This document shows positions 26,047-32,715 of a stretch of 33,567 bases of DNA, piece after piece. The notes below the pieces were generated by a model, which worked only from the letters and a program-made list of their open reading frames with translations, made no database searches and was not told the origin of the DNA. The translations under genes were made by a program, and so were the position numbers. How positions within the stretch are numbered: position 1 is the stretch's first letter; the number at the start of each line of letters is the position of its first letter. Source of the stretch: a virus (lineage: Duplodnaviria > Heunggongvirae > Uroviricota > Caudoviricetes); the IMG/VR virus record IMGVR_UViG_3300025292_000002, positions 1-33,567 of that record, one strand, 5' to 3'.

Positions 26047-27075
26047 ATGGCAGTATGGATTGAAGATTATGTTCGTGTAAATGAGTACACTCGTCCTGGT
26101 TATAAACTTTTAGGTGTTAGAGGTATTGTTGTGCATTATACAGCAACTCCTGGCGCTAGTGCAAAAAATGAAAGAGATTACTTCAATGGCACTTGTATTG
26201 AAGACGAGCGTTATGCTTCGGCACATCTTTTCGTTGATAAAAATGAAGCTCGTTTAATCTTGCCACTTAATGAAGTAGCTTACCACGCAAATGAAAAAGC
26301 TTGTCGTGTTCCAGCATTGAAAGCTACAGCTAGTTATTACACTGGCGGTTCAGCTAACTTAACAGCTATTGGTGTTGAAATGTGTATTGAAAAAGACGGA
26401 AGTTTACACCCAAACACATTGCAAAGAACAATCGCTGTTGTTTCTGAATTGTGTAAAATGTTTGGATTAAATTCTAACAACGTTTACCGTCATTATGATG
26501 TTACTGGTAAAAATTGTCCAGCATTCTGGGTAAGTAATCCTGCAGGATTCACAAGCTTCAAAAATTCATTATCTAGCGGAGGTTCAGGTGGAGGATACCA
26601 ACCAACACCACAACCACCAGCTGAAACAAGCGACGACGGAGCAATTGGTTACATTGATGTAATCGTAGATGCTTTAAACGTTCGTAACGATGCAAGCTTT
26701 GACGCTGGTGTTGTTAAAACAATTCATCCTGGCACACCGTACAAGGTGTATGCTGAGAAAAACGGCTTATACAACCTTGGCGGAAAACAATGGTGTTCAG
26801 CTGGTTCTAAATTCGTTAAATTCACACCGTATGCGAAACCAAAACCACAAGGTTTCAAAACTGGCGATTATCAAGGCAAAGTTCGAATCACTGCTGATTC
26901 ATTAAATGTTAGAGCTGGACGTGGCGTAGGTCACGCTGTCTTAGGAAGCTTTAAACAAGGTCAAGTAGTTGATGTTTGGTATATCGCACCAGCTCCAGAT
27001 GGTTCTTTATGGGGTTCATGCGGAATAAACGGAAAAACAGGATTTATCAATCTTGGATTTGCAGTTCCAGCTTAA
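26047..27075 (+). CDS. Endolysin: N-acetylmuramoyl-L-alanine amidase (Amidase_2, XlyA/CwlA-like) with two SH3b-like domains
   Basis: IVVHYT, SAH..VD, AYHA, IGVEMC, RHYD..GKNCP; two LNVR SH3b-like repeats. Confidence 0.92.
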   Translation: MAVWIEDYVRVNEYTRPGYKLLGVRGIVVHYTATPGASAKNERDYFNGTCIEDERYASAHLFVDKNEARLILPLNEVAYHANEKACRVPALKATASYYTGGSANLTAIGVEMCIEKDGSLHPNTLQRTIAVVSELCKMFGLNSNNVYRHYDVTGKNCPAFWVSNPAGFTSFKNSLSSGGSGGGYQPTPQPPAETSDDGAIGYIDVIVDALNVRNDASFDAGVVKTIHPGTPYKVYAEKNGLYNLGGKQWCSAGSKFVKFTPYAKPKPQGFKTGDYQGKVRITADSLNVRAGRGVGHAVLGSFKQGQVVDVWYIAPAPDGSLWGSCGINGKTGFINLGFAVPA

Positions 27076-27114
27076 TAGCTGGAGCTGATTTTCATAATAA
27101 AGGAGCGCTTACCA

Positions 27115-27531
27115 ATGAAAGAATTTGCTGGAATCTTTTCAATCGTTGCCAGTTTAGCGACGTTTCTTTTTGGTGGCTTTGATGTGACATTACAAATATT
27201 ATCAGTGTTTATTGTTTGTGATTTCATCACGGGGCTATTAAAAGGCTGGTACACAGGTTCACTATCTTCACAGCAAGGGTATAAAGGCATAATCAAAAAA
27301 GCTGGTATTATGTTTGTTATTATAGTAGCGAATATGTTGGACATCCTTACAGGGACTCCATTATTTAGAATGCCCGTAGTTTATTTCTTTGTGGCTATTG
27401 AAGGTGTAAGTATTCTCGAGAACTTAGGAAAAATTGGTGTACCAATCCCTGAAGTTCTTTTAGATAAACTTGCACAGTTGAAAGCTAATGGAAATGCTGG
27501 TCAAGAAGATGAGAAAACTCCGAAGCAATAA
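27115..27531 (+). CDS. Holin (toxin secretion/phage lysis holin family)
   Basis: Three hydrophobic segments; DFITG, G..KK and E..SILEN..K.G.P.P motifs. Confidence 0.9.
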   Translation: MKEFAGIFSIVASLATFLFGGFDVTLQILSVFIVCDFITGLLKGWYTGSLSSQQGYKGIIKKAGIMFVIIVANMLDILTGTPLFRMPVVYFFVAIEGVSILENLGKIGVPIPEVLLDKLAQLKANGNAGQEDEKTPKQ

Positions 27532-27547
27532 TTTCGGAGTTTTTTTC
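27511..27547 (+). terminator. Intrinsic terminator with the holin stop codon in the loop
   Basis: AAAACTCCGAA...TTCGGAGTTTT plus T-run. Confidence 0.75.
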
Positions 27548-27555
27548 ATTTTGCT

Positions 27556-27584
27556 CCTTACATAACAAATATATTCAATATAAT
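27556..27584 (+). promoter_or_regulatory. CCTTACA-N16-TATAAT promoter-like motif
   Basis: After the holin terminator, upstream of the pseudoknot and 27670. Confidence 0.7.
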
Positions 27585-27614
27585 AGTACAGTAATAAATA
27601 AGAAGTACATAATG

Positions 27615-27642
27615 TGACCTGAGTAAGTCGATAAACTGCTCA
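27615..27642 (+). ncRNA. Putative cis-regulatory H-type pseudoknot, copy 2
   Basis: TGAC-CTGAGTAA-GTCG-ATAAAC-TGCTCA upstream of the RBS of 27670. Confidence 0.6.
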
Positions 27643-27669
27643 CTATAATTTATTTGGAGGAATTTTATT

Positions 27670-28011
27670 ATGTTCGCAGGTCAAAATATTGAAATTACGG
27701 TACCAGGAGCAACTCATCTTGGTGGAGAATTTGGAACAGCTCACGCAGCTCGTCAAGATAATATTATAATTTTACAAGGCGGATTAAATTTAAATGGTGT
27801 AGTAATTGAAGGTTCTGGTTCAGTTGGAACATTACCTGTGGGTTACCGTCCAAAAACTGCACAAAAATTTATTGTTGCTACAGACAAAGGCGCTCGTCTT
27901 TTAACTGTACAAATGAATGGTGAATTAATTCTTCGTGCTGATGGAGATTTACCTGGTGAAACGTTTAGAGAAATTTCATTCGCTGGCGCTTCATTTATTG
28001 CGTATTTTTAA
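27670..28011 (+). CDS. Hypothetical protein resembling a stand-alone tail-fibre/RBP C-terminal head domain
   Basis: GTLPVGYRP motif in a beta-rich 113-aa protein; RBS GGAGG. Confidence 0.65.
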   Translation: MFAGQNIEITVPGATHLGGEFGTAHAARQDNIIILQGGLNLNGVVIEGSGSVGTLPVGYRPKTAQKFIVATDKGARLLTVQMNGELILRADGDLPGETFREISFAGASFIAYF

Positions 28012-28127
28012 GCTTTACTTGATGTAAAGAACTGTATATATATTATATAAGAGCTAAGGAGAAATCCTTGGCTTTTATTTTTTTTAACAAAAAGCTGAAG
28101 TAAAATCACGATTTTATTATATTGGCT

Positions 28128-28156
28128 CCTTACAACTCGGAGTAATTCAATATAAT
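28128..28156 (+). promoter_or_regulatory. CCTTACA-N16-TATAAT promoter-like motif
   Basis: Upstream of the RBS of 28203. Confidence 0.7.
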
Positions 28157-28202
28157 AGTATAGTGACAAACAAACAACTAAGAAAATCGGAGGAAATTTA
28201 TT

Positions 28203-28523
28203 ATGGCACAATGTACTTATATGGACGTTCAATCAGGTGTAGGAACACACAAAGGCTCTCTTTGCATGAGCAAAGATAGTAGCAATATCTATTTCACAGT
28301 TGGAGCACAAGCAATTGGTTCTTGGGGATATGAGGGTTATGCCACAGTTAAATGTGCGGTTCAGGACCCAGATGGTTCATGGAGAGAATTTGCTTCGAAA
28401 CGAGTTCTTGTAACGTACCCAATAAACGGTACATTTACAAACGTTGCTGCATTTGGTAAGAAAATGTATATGAGTGTTAGTTTCCAATATGGCGGATTCG
28501 GTATGATTGAATTCGTTCGATAA
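28203..28523 (+). CDS. Hypothetical beta-rich protein, possible distant paralog of 2914 and 28579
   Basis: RBS GGAGG; F-x-N-V-A-x-x-G and terminal FVR resemble the other two. Confidence 0.75.
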   Translation: MAQCTYMDVQSGVGTHKGSLCMSKDSSNIYFTVGAQAIGSWGYEGYATVKCAVQDPDGSWREFASKRVLVTYPINGTFTNVAAFGKKMYMSVSFQYGGFGMIEFVR

Positions 28524-28528
28524 TTGGC

Positions 28529-28556
28529 TGTCCTGAGTATGACATAAAAATGCTCA
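28529..28556 (+). ncRNA. Putative cis-regulatory H-type pseudoknot, copy 3
   Basis: TGTC-CTGAGTAT-GACA-TAAAAA-TGCTCA upstream of the RBS of 28579; compensatory A-U to U-A change in stem 1. Confidence 0.6.
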
Positions 28557-28578
28557 ATTTTTATTTGGAGGACGTAAT

Positions 28579-28947
28579 ATGCATAGAGAAGTTTGCGATT
28601 TTTATTTAGATGATAAACTCTTCCCTTGGGGCGGTCAAGGTTATGTTCACGTTGTTGAAGATTACAAAAACGTTTATGTAACTTTTGAACATGCTTTCAA
28701 AGCAGGTAGCTGGGTAAAAGTAAGTTTAGAAACAGCTGGCACAAGCGGAGAACGATGGTCTGTAATTGGCACGAAGAAAGGTCAAGCTTGGAATGATTTC
28801 ATGAGCAAGCAAAATTATAACGCTGTGTTCAATAACATTGCCATGAATGGTCAATACTTACGAGTACGAGTAGCACTTTACAGCGTATGGAACGGAAGCA
28901 TTGAAATGATGGGCGAAACAACAGTGAGCCATTGGGTACGACAATAA
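28579..28947 (+). CDS. Hypothetical beta-rich protein, paralog of 2914..3276
   Basis: RBS GGAGG; shared WNDFMSKQ block at protein and DNA level. Confidence 0.8.
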   Translation: MHREVCDFYLDDKLFPWGGQGYVHVVEDYKNVYVTFEHAFKAGSWVKVSLETAGTSGERWSVIGTKKGQAWNDFMSKQNYNAVFNNIAMNGQYLRVRVALYSVWNGSIEMMGETTVSHWVRQ

Positions 28948-28950
28948 TTT

Positions 28951-28977
28951 GAGGAACTCTTCGGAGTTCCTTTTTTT
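28951..28977 (+). terminator. Intrinsic terminator
   Basis: AGGAACTC-TTCG-GAGTTCCT plus T-run. Confidence 0.85.
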
Positions 28978-28990
28978 ATTTACATATTAA

Positions 28991-29008
28991 TTGAATATAA
29001 ATATTCAA
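28991..29008. promoter_or_regulatory. 18-bp palindrome (1 mismatch)
   Basis: TTGAATATAAATATTCAA directly before the recombinase RBS. Confidence 0.78.
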
Positions 29009-29025
29009 AAAAGGAGAAGATATAA

Positions 29026-30009
29026 ATGGCTGTAAATAAAGGAGATAAAATATTTAACCCTGAAACATGGGAAAAAGTAAACCCAGAAAATAGAGCAATC
29101 TTGGACGATTATGTTCTTGAAATGAAATCTAAAGGTAAATCGAAAGGGACAATATATCAATATTCTGCTGATATTAAAATGTTCTTCTGCTGGGCACACG
29201 ATAACGGAAATAAACCAATATTAGATATGAAAAAACGTGAGTTCAGACGTTTCTTCCTTGAAATGAAAGACCGTGGCACATCGGCAGCTCGTGTTAACCG
29301 TGTACAGTGTTCAATTCGTAACCTGTTAGAATTTTGTACTGAAGACGATGACGAGTATGAAGATTACGAAATAAATGCCATGAGAGCTATCAAAGGTTTA
29401 TCTAAAGAGCCTGTGCGTGAAATTCATTTCGTTAAAGATGAGCATGTTCGTGCAATGGTTGAAAAGCTTGTCGAAGCTGGCAAGTATCAACGTGCCTTGT
29501 ACCTAACACTAAGTTATGAATCTTGTGGGCGTAGGAATGAAATGGCACAGGTTTTAAAACACGATTTTTTAGAGAATAATCGTACAAATGAACTTGTTGG
29601 TAAACGTGGTAAAAAATACAAAGCTTTATATTTTGACCGTGCTCGTGAAATTGCTAAAATGTACTTCGAGCAACGTGGTGAGGACGACATTGATAGCTTG
29701 TGGACAGTTGGTAAAGGCGAAACAAAACGCCCTGCAACATACGACAACTTATATCAATGGGCTGTTTCATTGCGTAAAGAGCTTGAAGAAGTTTCTGGAG
29801 AACACGTTGAAATCAATGCTCATACATGGCGCCACAGTGGTTTAGAAAACTATGAAAATGGTACGCACTACGTTTTAAAACAACTTGGCAAAGACAAATT
29901 GCCTTTAGAAGTTTTAAAAGTGTTAGCAAACCATTCATCAATCGAGACAACACAATCATACTTGATGAATAAAGACGATGAGCTTTTAAACACTGCTTTC
30001 GGATTATAA
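29026..30009 (+). CDS. Tyrosine recombinase (phage integrase / XerC-D-like)
   Basis: N-terminal SAM-like domain; catalytic R (GRRNE), K (GKRGK), HTWRH and NHSSIETTQSY. Confidence 0.9.
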   Translation: MAVNKGDKIFNPETWEKVNPENRAILDDYVLEMKSKGKSKGTIYQYSADIKMFFCWAHDNGNKPILDMKKREFRRFFLEMKDRGTSAARVNRVQCSIRNLLEFCTEDDDEYEDYEINAMRAIKGLSKEPVREIHFVKDEHVRAMVEKLVEAGKYQRALYLTLSYESCGRRNEMAQVLKHDFLENNRTNELVGKRGKKYKALYFDRAREIAKMYFEQRGEDDIDSLWTVGKGETKRPATYDNLYQWAVSLRKELEEVSGEHVEINAHTWRHSGLENYENGTHYVLKQLGKDKLPLEVLKVLANHSSIETTQSYLMNKDDELLNTAFGL

Positions 30010-30056
30010 AACAAAAAAGAGTTACTTGATTTAATTATTTCAAATCAAGTAACTCT
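30010..30056 (-). terminator. Intrinsic terminator between convergent recombinase and 30346 genes
   Basis: 14-bp stem GAGTTACTTGATTT/AAATCAAGTAACTC, T-run on the minus strand. Confidence 0.75.
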
Positions 30057-30346
30057 AATGTTTTGTTAAGCTTATTTTCAATGTCTTCCTTGCGTTGTAA
30101 TGATTCCCATTCTCTATCAAAAGCTTTTTCTTCATCTGTTAACTCCTCATCGCCCGTAATATTATTGGCTTTAGCATAAGCTTCATATTGAGCCACACGA
30201 ATTTCCCTGCGTTCCTGAATTTCCGCAATTTTACTCATATCTATATTATCATCAGCTGGAACACTTGTTAATACAAGGTAAGCCATTGTAAAAATCCCCA
30301 TAATCACTGCAAAAGTAAATCCAATTTTATCCATAGTTTTATTCAT
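30035..30346 (-). CDS. Small protein with N-terminal transmembrane anchor
   Basis: Hydrophobic residues ~9-29; RBS GGAGGAG; TTTACA-N17-TATAAT promoter at 30451..30423. Confidence 0.75.
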   Translation of the reverse strand: MNKTMDKIGFTFAVIMGIFTMAYLVLTSVPADDNIDMSKIAEIQERREIRVAQYEAYAKANNITGDEELTDEEKAFDREWESLQRKEDIENKLNKTLELLDLK

Positions 30347-30512
30347 TTTAATTCACTATCTCCTCCAAATTTTTTATTATGTAAATGTGGCACACTTTGA
30401 TGTGCTTTATTAGTATAATACTATTATATATGAACCAATACGGATTGTAAACTATTTTTTGAAAATTTTTTAAAAATAAAAACGGAGCTCAAATTGAACT
30501 CCGCCTTCATTA

Positions 30513-30530
30513 TTGAATATTAATATTCAA
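30513..30530. promoter_or_regulatory. 18-bp palindrome (perfect copy)
   Basis: In the non-coding interval between two leftward genes. Confidence 0.8.
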
Positions 30531-30654
30531 TTACTCATACTCACTCTTACGAGCTTTTCTCTGTGTAAATCTATAAGTTAATACCTTCCCCTAACAAAAT
30601 CAATTATATCACACAACAAATGTTAACACAATAAAAAAATAGACGAATTTTCGC

Positions 30655-31278
30655 CTATTTTGTATGTTCCTTAATATAATTGTCGTACACATAAACCACT
30701 TCACCGTCGCCAGCACCAGCTTTGGCTGAATCGTATATGTCTTCTGTTTTTATGCCATTTATTTTGTGGTCAAGGTCGTGTAAAATTCGATGCGTATAAA
30801 TTAATCCAACCCAATCCTTGTTTTTAACAGCAATATCAAGCACGTTTTTAGCTCGTTCCAAATCTTCTTTCAAATCGCCTTCACTTTCGTTTGCAGCTTC
30901 TTGTAATGTTGTTGCTAATAATTTAAATCCCCATTCATTTTTGTCCCAACTGCTGTCGTCATTGCGATAAGTTTTATCATGCTCCCAACCGACAAGATTG
31001 TTTAAATCAGCGTGAGCATCGCTTATTTTTTTCTCTTTTGAAACTTTAACCGTTTCTTCTGGCATTTTAATTTCTTTTGTTTCCGTCTTTGTTTCTTTTG
31101 TTTCAATTTTTTCTTTTGTTTCAGTTTTTTCTTTCACTTGAGCTTGAGCAGCTTTTTCAATTTTCTTATCGTTATCTATAGACAAATACATCGACGCACC
31201 AGCAAATAACAATCCTGCTAAACCAATCCCGCCAAACGCAATAATCAACAATGTCTTGATTGTTTTTTTCATTTTCAT
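30655..31278 (-). CDS. Membrane-anchored hypothetical protein (207 aa)
   Basis: Basic N-terminus, TM helix, K/E/T-rich linker, helical domain; TTGTAC-N17-TATAAT promoter at 31334..31306. Confidence 0.78.
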   Translation of the reverse strand: MKMKKTIKTLLIIAFGGIGLAGLLFAGASMYLSIDNDKKIEKAAQAQVKEKTETKEKIETKETKTETKEIKMPEETVKVSKEKKISDAHADLNNLVGWEHDKTYRNDDSSWDKNEWGFKLLATTLQEAANESEGDLKEDLERAKNVLDIAVKNKDWVGLIYTHRILHDLDHKINGIKTEDIYDSAKAGAGDGEVVYVYDNYIKEHTK

Positions 31279-31342
31279 TTCTCCTAATATTTATTTGTTA
31301 TAAATATTATAACATGGTCTTTAGAACTGTACAAGATTTATA

Positions 31343-31371
31343 TAAAAAAAATACCGTCATTTAGACGGCAT
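31343..31371 (-). terminator. Intrinsic terminator with the stop of the 48-aa ORF in the loop
   Basis: Minus strand ATGCCGTC-TAAAT-GACGGTAT plus T-run. Confidence 0.78.
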
Positions 31372-31507
31372 TTTTATGTTTTTCTTTTCGATTATAAGCT
31401 TTCTTACTTTTATGGCTACCATTGCCACGATGCACTTTCAAGTGTTGTTGCAATTCTTCAGCATCCATTTTTCGTTTGAAGCTTTTTGGTTTAACAGTTA
31501 ATTTCAT
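31361..31507 (-). CDS. Small basic protein (48 aa), BrfA/ArfA-like ribosome-rescue-factor candidate
   Basis: RBS AGGAGG; MKLTVKPKSFKRKMDAEELQQHLKVHRGNGSHKSKKAYNRKEKHKNAV; below ORF-track cutoff. The ORF is well supported; the function is inference. Confidence 0.6.
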   Translation of the reverse strand: MKLTVKPKSFKRKMDAEELQQHLKVHRGNGSHKSKKAYNRKEKHKNAV

Positions 31508-31629
31508 TTTGTTTCCTCCTTGTTTTTCTTTGATTCGAAAATCCTATCATAACAATCTGGGCAACATCTTTTTAATGTTCTCCACACACAGCCATATACT
31601 TCTGTTCCACAACCGTCACATATATACAT
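31504..31629 (-). CDS. Small Cys-rich Zn-finger-like protein (41 aa)
   Basis: RBS AGGAGG; MYICDGCG...CCPDC; its TGA overlaps the ATG of the next gene (ATGA coupling). Confidence 0.7.
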   Translation of the reverse strand: MYICDGCGTEVYGCVWRTLKRCCPDCYDRIFESKKNKEETK

Positions 31630-31683
31630 ATTATCCTCCTTAAGATAAAAGCTGATAGCCAATGGCCATCAGCTCAATATTAA

Positions 31684-32070
31684 TTACATGATTGTTAGTT
31701 TGTATTTTTGAATTAAAATTCCTTTTTCATCGTACACTTCAAAAATTTTGTCAGCAAAGTTGAACATTCTTCCAAGCCATGAGGTAGAATTTGCTGAAAG
31801 AACTTTGTCTTTTCTTCCTTTGATTTTTATGGTACGAGCTGCTTTGGCAGAGTTTGAGACAGTTAAATAATTACCTGTGCCACCTTCGCTAATTGAAAGG
31901 TCTCCCATTTTAACACTGAAATATTCATCAGCAATTACTTCAACAACATTTTCTTCAGGAACTTCTTCTGAGATATTTAAAGATTCAATAAATGCTGCTA
32001 ATTTTTCAAAAAATTCTTTTTCTTCCGTTGATTTTTCATTTAATAATGCTACGATTTCTTGTTTTGTCAT
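31684..32070 (-). CDS. Hypothetical protein
   Basis: RBS GGAGG before ATG32070; preceded by a CCTTACA-class promoter motif. Confidence 0.72.
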   Translation of the reverse strand: MTKQEIVALLNEKSTEEKEFFEKLAAFIESLNISEEVPEENVVEVIADEYFSVKMGDLSISEGGTGNYLTVSNSAKAARTIKIKGRKDKVLSANSTSWLGRMFNFADKIFEVYDEKGILIQKYKLTIM

Positions 32071-32108
32071 AATGATTTCCTCCAATGTTTTGTTTGATTT
32101 ACTATACT

Positions 32109-32137
32109 ATTATATTGACATGGTAGCAGCTGTAAGG
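32109..32137 (-). promoter_or_regulatory. CCTTACA-N16-TATAAT promoter-like motif
   Basis: Minus strand CCTTACA-GCTGCTACCATGTCAA-TATAAT, after a terminator, upstream of 32070. Confidence 0.7.
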
Positions 32138-32170
32138 AAGCAAATAAAAAAAGATGACATGGCGTCATCT

Positions 32171-32419
32171 TTAGTTTTCGTATGGACGATATTTCTTACG
32201 TAGCTCAACGAGCTCAGCCCTTTTAGCAAACAAATCAGATTTTAAAAACAAGCTAACACATCCTAATTTTTTAACAGGTATTATCTTGCCATTTTTTATC
32301 ATATGTGAAAGTCTAGCTCGAGATATTCCTAAGTATTCTATAGCTTCTGGAGTTGTTAAAACCTCACTCATTATAAACTGTCTTTGTTCTACTACTGGCG
32401 CTTCCATAACTTGTAGCAT
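32171..32419 (-). CDS. Helix-turn-helix DNA-binding protein (excisionase/HTH_17-like)
   Basis: LTTPEAIEYLGISRARLSHMIKNGKI motif. Confidence 0.82.
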   Translation of the reverse strand: MLQVMEAPVVEQRQFIMSEVLTTPEAIEYLGISRARLSHMIKNGKIIPVKKLGCVSLFLKSDLFAKRAELVELRKKYRPYEN

Positions 32420-32472
32420 AATTAATTCCTCCCATTATTCATTTTTATTGGATTCATTAGTAATTTGACAAG

Positions 32473-32715
32473 TTACAAGCCATATTTTTTTAATTCATCA
32501 TTAATTGCTTGTACCCATTCTATATTAGCAAATTCATATTCTTTGCACAGTTTTGAATTTTTCACGATTTTGTCATAGGAGCTTTTTGTGATTTCAACAA
32601 ATTCTTTCATATGCCTGTCTGTGTAAGGAAAAATTTCGAAAAATACTTCATCGTAAGCTATTCCTTCAGACAAATTCAGAGCTTTGTTGGCAGATGTATC
32701 AAAAACATACTTCAT
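32473..32715 (-). CDS. Hypothetical protein (80 aa)
   Basis: RBS GGAGG; co-directional with neighbours. Confidence 0.7.
   Translation of the reverse strand: MKYVFDTSANKALNLSEGIAYDEVFFEIFPYTDRHMKEFVEITKSSYDKIVKNSKLCKEYEFANIEWVQAINDELKKYGL

Noticed and set aside
26047-27531. Endolysin preceding holin
   Set aside because: Less common than holin-lysin order but a known variant in phages of Gram-positive hosts; not treated as novel.
30019-30055. loxP-like architecture (14-bp inverted repeats around a 9-bp spacer) directly after the recombinase
   Set aside because: Better explained as an intrinsic terminator. It has a T-run on the minus strand, one arm is coding, and the stop codon sits in the loop, as at 27511-27547 and 31343-31371. 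Kept only as an EMSA control.
30360-30387. dif-like site (TTATGTAAATG resembles a XerD arm)
   Set aside because: The XerC-side arm does not match, and the sequence overlaps the RBS/leader of gene 30346.
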